Positions 1 through 9,585 of a stretch of DNA of 64,000 bases are shown here, in pieces. Positions within the stretch are counted from its first letter, which is position 1. Every line of letters starts with the position of its first letter. The notes beneath the pieces were generated by a model. It had not been told where the DNA came from, ran no database searches, and saw only the letters and a list, made by a program, of their open reading frames with translations. Source of the DNA: a bacterium. GTDB lineage: Bacteria > J088 > JAWLBW01. A program made the position numbers and the translations under genes. The DNA lies in contig JAWLHK010000009.1 in assembly GCA_041690355.1 (NCBI GenBank), forward strand, positions 62,001 through 126,000, given 5' to 3'.

Positions 1-202
1 CGACTTCGCGCGCGAGGGAACGGTCAACCCCCGTAAAAAGGGGCACCATGCCTACGAGGCGCGCCACGGCGGCGAGGGTGAAACCGGGGCGGGGGCAGCC
101 GAAGGGGCTCGCCTTCGGTGCGAAGAGGCAGGCGGTCACGACTTCAGGCCCGATCCCGGCCGCGCCATCAAACGATGCCGGTGCTGCGGCGCCCTCGCCC
201 GC

Positions 203-409
203 ATGGCCGCAGAGGAATTCAGGCCGGAACCGGGAGGGCGTCTGGTCGTCCCCGAATCGATACGAAAAGCCGCCGCGAAGCCGCCCCTACCTGCCGCTGA
301 ACTGAACAGTCCCCCGCCGCAGGAGGTCTGCCGCGGGCCACACGACTGGCGGCGCGACGCCGACCTCGGCATTCGGGCGTGCCGCCGCTGCGGGACCATC
401 GATAAATAG
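203..409 (+). CDS. Small hypothetical protein with a putative C-terminal Zn-binding motif (C-x3-H...CxxC)
   Basis: 68-aa ATG ORF in an otherwise empty gap; ends with CRGPHDW...CRRCG. Confidence 0.45.
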   Translation: MAAEEFRPEPGGRLVVPESIRKAAAKPPLPAAELNSPPPQEVCRGPHDWRRDADLGIRACRRCGTIDK

Positions 410-484
410 CCCCGGCAGCAGGCCGCCCTGCCGAGTAAGGCCGAGCGCTGCCGGTCGACCTTGCCCCTGTGGTACCATCACGCC

Positions 485-2290
485 ATGCAGTCCCGCTCTT
501 CACGGGGTTTTCTGGGGGGCTTTCTGGGACGGTTGCCGCTTCTGGTACTGGCCATTTCGCTGGGGCTGACCCTTGCGAGCTGGCTGCTCATCAAGCGCAC
601 ACTCGATCTCAAGGCCGACGAGCGTTTCGAGTTGCGCACCCTGCAGATTCAGAACGAAATCGAAAACCGCATGCAGACGTATCTGGATGCGCTGCTTCAC
701 ACGCGCGGCCTGTTCCAGGTCGACCCTCAAGTCGAGCGGGCCGAATTCGTGGAATACGTGCAGTCGATGGAAATCGGGGTGCGCTATCCGGGCATCCAGG
801 GCATGGGTTTCACCCGGCGCGTCCCGGCCGCCGATCTCGCAGCGTACGAAGAACATATCCGCGGCGAAGGATTCCCTCAATTCAAAGTGTGGCCCGGTGA
901 ACCGCGCGACGAGTATTTCAGCATCGAGTATCTCGAACCGTTCGACTGGCGCAACCGGCGGGCGTTCGGCTACGACATGCATACCGAACCGACGCGGCGC
1001 GCCGCCATGGATCGGGCCCGCGACACCGGCTACCCCACTTCCAGCGAACCGGTCACGCTGGTGCAGGAGACCGAGGCGAGCCGGCAGGTCGGTTTTCTCG
1101 TCTACGTTCCCGTCTACCGCGAGGGCGCTCCCGTAGCCACGGTCGAACAACGCCGCGACGCCCTGCGCGGATTCGTCTACGCCCCATTTCGCAGCCAGGA
1201 CCTGTTCGACGGAATCTTCAGCCAGCTCTACCGTCCCCTGGAGGTGACGTTTCGCGTCGTCGCGTTACGCGGCGATGAACCGGTTTCGCTTTATGAAACC
1301 GGCCCCCGCATGCCTGCGCCCCCCGAGCGTTCCTCCGAACGCATGACCATCGTCGCCGGGCAGCAGTGGAGGCTGCAATTCGACGCGGCGCCCGGATTTC
1401 TGACGCTCGTTGAACGAACCGCTCCGCCTGTCGTCCTCGTCTTCGGAACTCTCTTCAGCATCACCCTTTTCTTTCTCATCGGCGCCGAAGGGCGCCAACG
1501 TCAGGTCGAACGCGTTCTGCTTGCAAAAGAGCAGACGTCAAGACGCCAGGCCGAAGAGGCCGTGCGGGCCCGTGAGGATTTTCTCTCCATTGCCTCGCAT
1601 GAGCTGAAAACGCCGTTGACGAGTCTGACCCTGCAGCTGCAGATACTCGCCCGGGCGCTCTCGGGCGAAGAGCCGCGCCCGACCGAGCCCGAGCGTCTCC
1701 AGCGCATCATCGGCGCCGCGCTGCGCCAGGTCGAGCGGTTGAGCGCGCTGGTAACCAACCTGCTCGATGTCACCCGCGTCCACGGGGGCCGTTTTCAGAT
1801 CGAAAGAGTGCATGTCGACCTCGTCGAGATCGTGCATGAGATCGCCGATCGCTTTCGTGAGGAACTCGAGCGCGAGGGTTACGTCCTCGCGATGGAAGCG
1901 CCCGAGCCTGTCGCTGGCAGGTGGGATCGCTACCGCATCGAACAGGTCGTCGTCAACCTGCTCACGAACGCCATGAAGTACGGCGCGCGCCAACCGATTA
2001 CCATCGCGGTGCAGAATGAAGGCGACGACGCGGTGCTCCGGGTGCGCGATCGCGGGATCGGCGTCGACGCCGCCGACCAGCAACGCATCTTCGCCCGCTT
2101 CGAGCGCGCCCCCGACGCCGAAAGCGCAAGCGGTCTCGGCCTGGGGCTGTACATCGTCCACAACATCGTGACCGCGCACGGCGGCTCCATCACGGTCGAA
2201 AGCCGCAAGGGCGAAGGCGCCACCTTCACGGTACGGCTGCCCAAAGGACAGCCGGAGGTGCATCCGGAAGCGCGGAATTCTCTCTCCTGA
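485..2290 (+). CDS. CHASE-domain sensor histidine kinase
   Basis: TM helix, CHASE-like region (YLEPFDWRNRRAFGYDM...RAAMDRARDTG), second TM, H-box SHELKTP, N-box NLLTNAMKY, DRGIG and GLGLGL boxes. ATG 485 preferred. Confidence 0.92.
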   Translation: MQSRSSRGFLGGFLGRLPLLVLAISLGLTLASWLLIKRTLDLKADERFELRTLQIQNEIENRMQTYLDALLHTRGLFQVDPQVERAEFVEYVQSMEIGVRYPGIQGMGFTRRVPAADLAAYEEHIRGEGFPQFKVWPGEPRDEYFSIEYLEPFDWRNRRAFGYDMHTEPTRRAAMDRARDTGYPTSSEPVTLVQETEASRQVGFLVYVPVYREGAPVATVEQRRDALRGFVYAPFRSQDLFDGIFSQLYRPLEVTFRVVALRGDEPVSLYETGPRMPAPPERSSERMTIVAGQQWRLQFDAAPGFLTLVERTAPPVVLVFGTLFSITLFFLIGAEGRQRQVERVLLAKEQTSRRQAEEAVRAREDFLSIASHELKTPLTSLTLQLQILARALSGEEPRPTEPERLQRIIGAALRQVERLSALVTNLLDVTRVHGGRFQIERVHVDLVEIVHEIADRFREELEREGYVLAMEAPEPVAGRWDRYRIEQVVVNLLTNAMKYGARQPITIAVQNEGDDAVLRVRDRGIGVDAADQQRIFARFERAPDAESASGLGLGLYIVHNIVTAHGGSITVESRKGEGATFTVRLPKGQPEVHPEARNSLS

Positions 2291-2362
2291 CTCTGGACAG
2301 CAACTGTCCTGCCTTCGCGGTATTCTGGAGCCCGGCAAACGGGAACGGTAAAATTGAGGGCC

Positions 2363-5300
2363 ATGCTTCACGTCGTCTATGCGAACGCCATCGAATCACT
2401 GACCGAACGCCTCCTCGAACGTCTTTACGAGGGCGGCCCGGCGGATAGTCAGACGCACGACGTGTTTCGCCCGGCGACCCTGCTCGTACCCAATCGCAAC
2501 ATGGAGGTCTACCTGCGGCAGCAGATCGCGCGCCGCCGCGGCGTTGCCGCCGGCATCGAGTGCCTGTTCCTGCGTGGCTACCTCGCGGGATTGCTCACCC
2601 GGGCGGCTCCCGACCTGTGCATTCTCGAGAAAGAAGAGCTGCGCCTGTCCATCCTGGCGCACCTCACGGGGCAGGGCCTCGAACGCGACGGACTCCACGA
2701 GTTGTCCGGTTATCTGGCCGGCGGAGCGGCAGGCCCCGAGCCGACCGAAGACGATGCGCCTGCCGTCGCGCTGCGCCGTTTTCAGCTCGCCGACAGACTG
2801 AGCGACATCTACCTCGAATACTCCTTCTCGCGGCCCGACTGGCTGCGCGCCTGGGAGCTCGGGCGCCCGGTGCTGGGAGAACACAGCGATGAAACCGTGC
2901 GCCGCACCGAAGCCTGGCAGCAGCAGTTCTGGCAACGCCTGCGCGCAGACCGCGTGTCCGGAGCAGACCGCTGGCTCCTGCTGACAGAGGCCTGGGCCGA
3001 GGCCGAGAGACACCTGCGCGGGAACCCTTCGGATCTTTTTCCGGGCGGCCTTGCGCTCGATGGTCCGCCGTTGTACGTTTTCGGCCTTTCCTACATGGCC
3101 CCCGCATTCCACGCGATCCTGCAGACACTGGGGAATCTGCGACCGGTTCACGTTTACACCCTGAACCCCTCGGCTGAATTCTGGGAAGATGCGGAATCCT
3201 TCGGCGAAGCGAACCGCCGGATGCGCCAGTGGACGCGCCGTGCGTCGAGCCGCCGCAAGCCCACCGACGACAGCGACGATCCGTTCGGACTGCTCGCCGA
3301 AGACGAGAATCCGCCGCTGCGCCTGTGGGGTCGGCCGGGAAGAGAGAACATCCGCCTTCTGAACGAAGGAACCGGCTACGAATTCGAAAGCCGCTTCCGC
3401 GATCCGGTGGCCGGGGGACCGCCGACGCTGCTGCGCCTGCTCCAGCAGGACATCCTTCTGCGCAGGCCTGAACGGCGCGAGCTGCCCCTCGGCCCGGAAG
3501 CGCGCGCAAGCCTGGAGCGGGATTCGAGCGTCCGCTTTCTGGCCTGCCCCGGCCTCGTGCGCGAAGTAGAGATCGTCGCCGACGAGATCTGGCGCCTGCT
3601 GCGCGACCCGGCCCATGCCGGCCTGCGCATGCACGACATCGCCGTGATCGTCAACGGCGCCGATCGCGATACCTACTTCACGCACATCGCCTCGACCTTC
3701 GAAGATTTTCACGGCCTGCGCTGCTCCATCGTCGACCGCCCGCTGGTGGGCGAGTCCCGCGTCGGCGAAGCGCTCGAGCTGCTTCTCGATCTGCCCCTCG
3801 GCCGGTTCGGCCGCAACGATCTTCTTCGGCTGCTCACCCACCCCGTCTTCACCGGGCGTTACCCCGACGATCCGGCCGCGCACTGGCGCGCCTGGGCCGA
3901 GCGGCTCAACGTCATCTTCGGCGCAGACGCAGCCGATCTTCAGGGAACCTATATGGCCGAGGAGGACCACGTCTCCTGGGAGCAGGCCCTGCGCCGCCTC
4001 GTGACCGGCGTCTTCGCCGCCGGCCCGGCAAGCGGCCAGGAAGAGCCCCTCGACGTGGGTTACGGGCCCCTCCTGGTCGAAGACGTGGCCGACGGCGATG
4101 TCGAGGCGGCCGCGCAGCTTCTGACCGCCGCCCGCTCGCTGATGGCCGATGCCCGCTGGGCGAAGGAACAACGGCGCACCCCCTCCGAATGGGGCGCCTG
4201 GTTCGCCGCCGTCACCTCGACCTACCTTGCCGGCGCCGACCGCAGCGATCGCGCCGTCATCTCCCGATGCGTCCAGGCGCTGCGCGAGTCGGGTGAGCGC
4301 GCCCTGCCCCCGGATGCCGACGCGCCGGTTCCCTACCGCATCGCACGCGAGCTGGCCCGCGAGGCCCTCACCGGTCTCCAGGGGCGCGGGCATTATCTTT
4401 CCGACGGGATCGTCGTCTCCTCCTTTCTCCCCATGCGCGCCATTCCCTTTCGCGCCATTTTCGTGCTCGGCCTGGGCGACGGCAGATTCCCGGCCGGCGA
4501 GCGGCGCGATCCGCTGGATCTGCGTCCGGCCTCACGCCGACCCGGCGACGTCACCCGCAGGGAACAGGATAAGTACATGTTTCTCGAGACGCTCCTTTCG
4601 GCCCGGGAGCGAATCTATCTGTCCTGGGTCTGCCGCGACGCGGCTTCGGGAGAAGAGCTGGCCCCCTCGACCGTGGTCCAGGAGCTGCTCCACGTTCTCG
4701 AAACCATGTACCTGAGTCCCGGAGAAGCGCTCCCGCCGGAGCACCGCCGGGTCAACCGGCTGACCGAGCGGCACCCCCTCGCCCGCTATGATGCCCGCTA
4801 TTTCGAACCGGATGCCGACGGCCGGGCGGCCTTAACGGCAACTCAACTTCCCGAGGCCGTGCGGGAGCGCGGGGCCGGACTGCTGCGCGAGCGCCTGAAA
4901 CAGCACCTCGGATCCGGCTCGCTCCCCCCCGCGCCGGCACGGCTGCTCGAAGCGGTGCGCGAAGGGGCGCAGGCCGATACATTCCACCGCCTCCTGGGCC
5001 TCGCGCCGCCGATCCCGCCACCGCCGGCCGAAGCGCGCGGCCGACGCGCGCTTACGTTGAATCAGTTACGGGACTTCGCCGCCTGCCCGCTCCAAGGTTC
5101 CGCCAAGATCTACCTCGGCATGCGCGACGACACCGAGCAGGACATGCTCCTTGTCGAAGACGAATGCTTCGATGCCGAGCCGCATCGGCACGCCCTGTGG
5201 CTGCAGGAGATCTTCGTGGCGGCCGGCGGCGACCTCGAGCGGGCAGCGATGGAATACGACCGCCGATACACCGCGCTCAAGCTGCGCGGCGAGCTACCAG

Positions 5301-6061
5301 CCGGGCCGTTCGCCCGAGGTCAGCGCGCCCGCCATCTCGAAATCTTCCGCGACTGGCGCGCACACCTCGACGAAATGGAAATCGGCGCCCTCGACGGCTA
5401 CCGGCAGTTCCGCTTCGGGCACGCCGAGGAGTTCGCCTCCGACGCCGTCGTCTACGACCCGGTGCCGCTCCGTCCCGGACATTCCGTCGACGGACCGCCC
5501 GGTGGAATTCAGCTCTCCGGGACGAGCGCCTGGATGTCGCCCGACAACACCGTCTGTCTGCAACTGCTCTCCCGCGGCGCGTGCAAGGACCCCGTCGATT
5601 TCTTCCGCGGCTGGCTCACGCTGCAGGCCCTCGCTCTGCTCCCTGGCATCCGGCTTCCCGACGAAGTCACGGTCGTCGCCTGCTCGCGCAAGCCGGCTTC
5701 GCGCAAGGCGCCCGCCCGACGCTCCTATCGTGTGCCCGCGCCCGCGGAGGCGCGCAGCCGCCTCGAACGCCTGGCGGCCGACGCGCTTTCGCGCGTCCAC
5801 GATTACCTGTTCCCCCTCGAAGCGGCCGTGCCGGTTGCACGCCGTCTCGAATCCGACCCCGCCGCAACCGATCTGCGTGAGTTCGTCCTCGAGGCCCTGG
5901 CCGGAGACAACCATAGCTCGCAGTACGGTCCCGTGCGCCGGTACGATCGCTTCGATCCGCCCGACGAAGCCGCTTGCCGCGTCTACGCCGAGCGGGTCGC
6001 TCCCTTCGTACGCGACGAGCGAAGCCGCGAGACTCCCGCCGAACAGGAGGAGGCGTCATGA
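2363..6061 (+). CDS. recC: Exodeoxyribonuclease V gamma subunit
   Basis: About 1230 aa; LNPSAEFWED, NPPLRLWGRPGR, LLQQDIL, REVEIVADEI, PMRAIPFRAIFVLGL, DKYMFLETLLSARERIYLSW; directly precedes recB and recD. Confidence 0.93.
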   Translation: MLHVVYANAIESLTERLLERLYEGGPADSQTHDVFRPATLLVPNRNMEVYLRQQIARRRGVAAGIECLFLRGYLAGLLTRAAPDLCILEKEELRLSILAHLTGQGLERDGLHELSGYLAGGAAGPEPTEDDAPAVALRRFQLADRLSDIYLEYSFSRPDWLRAWELGRPVLGEHSDETVRRTEAWQQQFWQRLRADRVSGADRWLLLTEAWAEAERHLRGNPSDLFPGGLALDGPPLYVFGLSYMAPAFHAILQTLGNLRPVHVYTLNPSAEFWEDAESFGEANRRMRQWTRRASSRRKPTDDSDDPFGLLAEDENPPLRLWGRPGRENIRLLNEGTGYEFESRFRDPVAGGPPTLLRLLQQDILLRRPERRELPLGPEARASLERDSSVRFLACPGLVREVEIVADEIWRLLRDPAHAGLRMHDIAVIVNGADRDTYFTHIASTFEDFHGLRCSIVDRPLVGESRVGEALELLLDLPLGRFGRNDLLRLLTHPVFTGRYPDDPAAHWRAWAERLNVIFGADAADLQGTYMAEEDHVSWEQALRRLVTGVFAAGPASGQEEPLDVGYGPLLVEDVADGDVEAAAQLLTAARSLMADARWAKEQRRTPSEWGAWFAAVTSTYLAGADRSDRAVISRCVQALRESGERALPPDADAPVPYRIARELAREALTGLQGRGHYLSDGIVVSSFLPMRAIPFRAIFVLGLGDGRFPAGERRDPLDLRPASRRPGDVTRREQDKYMFLETLLSARERIYLSWVCRDAASGEELAPSTVVQELLHVLETMYLSPGEALPPEHRRVNRLTERHPLARYDARYFEPDADGRAALTATQLPEAVRERGAGLLRERLKQHLGSGSLPPAPARLLEAVREGAQADTFHRLLGLAPPIPPPPAEARGRRALTLNQLRDFAACPLQGSAKIYLGMRDDTEQDMLLVEDECFDAEPHRHALWLQEIFVAAGGDLERAAMEYDRRYTALKLRGELPAGPFARGQRARHLEIFRDWRAHLDEMEIGALDGYRQFRFGHAEEFASDAVVYDPVPLRPGHSVDGPPGGIQLSGTSAWMSPDNTVCLQLLSRGACKDPVDFFRGWLTLQALALLPGIRLPDEVTVVACSRKPASRKAPARRSYRVPAPAEARSRLERLAADALSRVHDYLFPLEAAVPVARRLESDPAATDLREFVLEALAGDNHSSQYGPVRRYDRFDPPDEAACRVYAERVAPFVRDERSRETPAEQEEAS

Positions 6062-9000
6062 CCGAGTCGTCTCTGCGCATCCGCAAGATTCCCCTGCTGC
6101 GCCAGGTGCGCGCCGGCGCCCGCCGCGGAAGCGTCATCGAGGCCAGTGCGGGCACGGGCAAGACGTTCACGATTGAGAACCTCCTGCTCGACCTGATCCT
6201 CGAACCCGACCCGGGGCGCGCGCTCGGTGTCGAGAACATTCTCGTCGTCACCTTCACCGAGATGGCGACCGCCGAACTACGCGCAAAGATCCGCCGGCGC
6301 ATCGAGAACCTGCTGCAGGCACGGGAGTCCGACGCCGCAGCCGACGAAGAAGCCTGGGTCATCGACGACGCGGCCCGCGCCCGCCTGCGCCAGGCGCTTT
6401 TCTCGTTCGACGCCGCCCCCATTCACACCATCCATGCCTTCTGCCAGCGAGTACTCCGGGAGAACGCCTTTCTCAACCGGCAGCTCTTCGAGCAGGAGCG
6501 TATCGACACCGAAATCGTCTTTCGGCGCACGCTGCGCTCCATGCTGCGCAGTGAGCTCCTCGCCGATGCCGAAGTCCGGCCGCTGCTCGACGCCCATCTT
6601 GCGACGCACACGGTCGAGAACCTCGAAACGCTGCTTCTGCAGGCCGCCCGCCTGCACGGCGCCTTTCGGCCGTCGCTTTCACTGCGCGAGGCCGAAGACC
6701 TCGTACGACAGGCGGCCGAAACCCTGCGTCCCGAGGCGCTCATTGCTCTTGCCGGCAGGGTCAAGGGGATTTCGCAGAAAAGGACGGAACGCAATTGCCG
6801 CCGCATCTGCGCGGGGATCGAAGCCTGGCGCCGGAGCGGCGACTACGCCGAGCTCGACCGGCAGTGGCGTGAGGTCGAACGCGATTTCAAACGGCCCGAC
6901 GAGCTTGAACCGCCCGAGGCAGAATTCCTCTCCCGATTCGATCGCTGGTGCGCCGAGGCTCCCGTCCCCGCGTCCATGCTCGCACAGGCTCTTCTCCCGC
7001 GCATCGAGGCGCGCATGGACGCCGATAAACAGCGCGAGGGGGTCTACGATTTCCAGGACATGCTCTCGCGGGTGCGCAGCAGCCTGTACGACAGCCCGCT
7101 CGCCGCGCAGCTGACTGCCGCGTTGCGCACGCAGTACGCCTGTGCGATCGTCGACGAGTTCCAGGACACCGACGGGATCCAGTGGGACATCTTCCGCCGC
7201 ATCTTTCTCGAGGGCGAACAGACGCGTCTGTTCGTCGTCGGCGACCCCAAGCAGGCCATCTACGGCTTTCGCGGGGCCGACGTCTTTACCTACCGCGAAG
7301 CCGTGAAGGTGATGCTGGCCGGCCGCGAGCCCGAGCGGCTCGCGCTCAACTTCCGCTCCACGCCGGCGATGGTCTGCGCCTACAACGATCTGCTCACGCG
7401 TCCGGTACAGGTTCCCGGGCGCAGAAAGAACGAGATCGTCGAACGGGCCTTCTTCACGGGGGCCAATGAATATGCGCATCCCGTCGGCGCGGGCCGGACC
7501 GGTCTCACGCTGGCTGACGGCGACGGTGCGCCGCTCGAGTCTCCCATTCGCATCCTTCACGATCCGGAAACCGAGACGAACGCCGTGCCCCTGGGCAGGA
7601 TTCAAATCGCGTGCGGCGAAGCGATCGCCGCCGAGATTCAGGGCCTGCTGGGACCCCGGCCCGTCTTTCTCGCCGAAGGAGACAGACGCCGACGCGTCGA
7701 AGCCCGAGACATCTTCGTGCTCACCGAAACGAACGGGCAGCTGGTCACGATGGCCGCCATTCTGCGCGAGGCGGGCATACCGTATGCCTATTACAAGCAG
7801 GAGGGCCTGTTTCAGACCCCCGAGGCCACCGACGTGCGCGACCTGCTGCGCGCCATCGAACGCCCCGACCGCACCGACCTGCGCCTGCGGGCATGGGGGG
7901 GACCCTTCTTCGAGGTTCCCTGGGGCGACCTGGACGGGTGCCGCGCGCTCGCCGACAGCCATCCGCTTTTCCAGCAGCTGCTCGCGTGGAGGTCGCTCGC
8001 CGTTGCCGAAGACTACGGCCGCCTGTTCCGCCGCATACTCTCCGACAGCCACCTGACGCGCCGGGAGCTCTTTCTCAAGGATTCCGAACGCGATCTGACG
8101 AATTACCAGCACTTGTTCGAAGTCCTGCTCGAAACGGCCATGCGGCGCCGGTGCTCACTGGCCGAGCTGACGCGGCTGCTCGACAACTGGATACAGGACG
8201 CCGACAAGCCCGACGGCGAGTCGGCGGGCATGCAGCGCATCGAAACCGAGAAGGCAGCCGTCAAGCTTATGACGATGCACCGCAGCAAGGGGCTCGAGGC
8301 CGCCGTCGTCTTCGTCTACGCGCTCGGCGGCGGCATCGGCGCCCGCGAAGTCAACGTATTTCACGACGATGACGGCAAGCGCTGCCTCTACGTGGGGTCG
8401 GGCGGACCGTGGAAAGACCGAATCGACCGCGAGCGTGACGAAGAGCGCCAGCGCGTGCTTTACGTCGCCGTCACCCGGGCGCAGGGGCTTCTCTATCTGC
8501 CGCTCGTCGGCAGCCGAAGCGCCGGGCGCCTCCACGGCACCTACCGGCAGTTGAATACGCGACTGCTCGACCTTCGCCACGCAGACGCGTTGACGGCCCC
8601 GCATTACGAGGTCGTTCCCTTTGCAGAACCGCGGCGCCTGACCGCAGCCGACATCGACGCCGACCTGCTTGCGGGCTGGAATCCGGCGGCCGAACCACTC
8701 CCGGAGCCCGAGCCCCCCGAGGTCTTTCATGCTGCGCTGCGCGAACGCAGGGCCTGGACGACGAGCTCCTACTCGCGCATGAAGAAGCAGGAAAAGCATC
8801 CCGGCTTCGACGACGACGAAAAGCTCGAGGCGGCGGCAGCGGCCCCGGCTGAAGGGCTGCGCGGCGGAACCGATACCGGCCTGTTCATTCACGACCTGCT
8901 CGAGCACGTCGACCCGGCTTCCTTCACGCTCCCGGAGACCGAGTGGGGGGCCGAGCCCTCCGTCGACCGGCTGTTCGGGCGGCTCATGGCGCGGCACGGC

Positions 9001-9555
9001 GTCGACGCGCGCTTCGCCGACGAGGCCAAGCGCTGGGTGTTCCGCGCGATGACCCGCCCGGTTCCCCTGCCGGGCGTGAAGACGCAGCCGTCCATCGCCT
9101 CGACCGCGCCCCGCCTGCAGCGGGAACTCGAATTTCTCTATCCGATTCCCGAGTCGGCGCATCCGCCGCTATCCGCCGCGATCCCCCCCGGCGGCCTGCG
9201 TGTCGATCGCGGATTTCTCAAGGGCTTCATCGATGTCGTCTTCGAACACGAAGGCAAAGTCTACGTCGCCGACTGGAAAACGGATCGGCTGCGCAGCTAC
9301 GACATGGCGTCCATGGACGCGCGCGTCAGGCAGCTGTATCCGCAACAGATCAACGTCTACTCCTTTGCCCTGGCCCGGATGCTCGGTCTGCGCTCTCCCG
9401 CCGACTTCGCGCGGCGCTTCGGCGGCGTCCTCTACGTATTCGTCCGCGGGCTGGGCGATCGCCCCGGACCCGAGGGTTTCTGGATCCCCCCGGTCTCATG
9501 GGACTGGCTGCAGGAGGTCGAACGCAGTCTGATCACGTTCGAACACTACGGATGA
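6058..9555 (+). CDS. recB: Exodeoxyribonuclease V beta subunit (UvrD-like helicase plus C-terminal nuclease)
   Basis: [56 protein letters not shown]; nuclease motif [24 protein letters not shown] overlap with recC stop. Confidence 0.95.
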   Translation: MTESSLRIRKIPLLRQVRAGARRGSVIEASAGTGKTFTIENLLLDLILEPDPGRALGVENILVVTFTEMATAELRAKIRRRIENLLQARESDAAADEEAWVIDDAARARLRQALFSFDAAPIHTIHAFCQRVLRENAFLNRQLFEQERIDTEIVFRRTLRSMLRSELLADAEVRPLLDAHLATHTVENLETLLLQAARLHGAFRPSLSLREAEDLVRQAAETLRPEALIALAGRVKGISQKRTERNCRRICAGIEAWRRSGDYAELDRQWREVERDFKRPDELEPPEAEFLSRFDRWCAEAPVPASMLAQALLPRIEARMDADKQREGVYDFQDMLSRVRSSLYDSPLAAQLTAALRTQYACAIVDEFQDTDGIQWDIFRRIFLEGEQTRLFVVGDPKQAIYGFRGADVFTYREAVKVMLAGREPERLALNFRSTPAMVCAYNDLLTRPVQVPGRRKNEIVERAFFTGANEYAHPVGAGRTGLTLADGDGAPLESPIRILHDPETETNAVPLGRIQIACGEAIAAEIQGLLGPRPVFLAEGDRRRRVEARDIFVLTETNGQLVTMAAILREAGIPYAYYKQEGLFQTPEATDVRDLLRAIERPDRTDLRLRAWGGPFFEVPWGDLDGCRALADSHPLFQQLLAWRSLAVAEDYGRLFRRILSDSHLTRRELFLKDSERDLTNYQHLFEVLLETAMRRRCSLAELTRLLDNWIQDADKPDGESAGMQRIETEKAAVKLMTMHRSKGLEAAVVFVYALGGGIGAREVNVFHDDDGKRCLYVGSGGPWKDRIDRERDEERQRVLYVAVTRAQGLLYLPLVGSRSAGRLHGTYRQLNTRLLDLRHADALTAPHYEVVPFAEPRRLTAADIDADLLAGWNPAAEPLPEPEPPEVFHAALRERRAWTTSSYSRMKKQEKHPGFDDDEKLEAAAAAPAEGLRGGTDTGLFIHDLLEHVDPASFTLPETEWGAEPSVDRLFGRLMARHGVDARFADEAKRWVFRAMTRPVPLPGVKTQPSIASTAPRLQRELEFLYPIPESAHPPLSAAIPPGGLRVDRGFLKGFIDVVFEHEGKVYVADWKTDRLRSYDMASMDARVRQLYPQQINVYSFALARMLGLRSPADFARRFGGVLYVFVRGLGDRPGPEGFWIPPVSWDWLQEVERSLITFEHYG

Positions 9556-9585
9556 ACCCCGCTCTCCATCTCTGCCGGAGCCGCC

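Noticed and set aside
1-49. Possible start of a minus-strand CDS (MVPLFTGVDRSLAREV...) running off the window
   Set aside because: Only 16 codons are visible, which is not enough to support a call.
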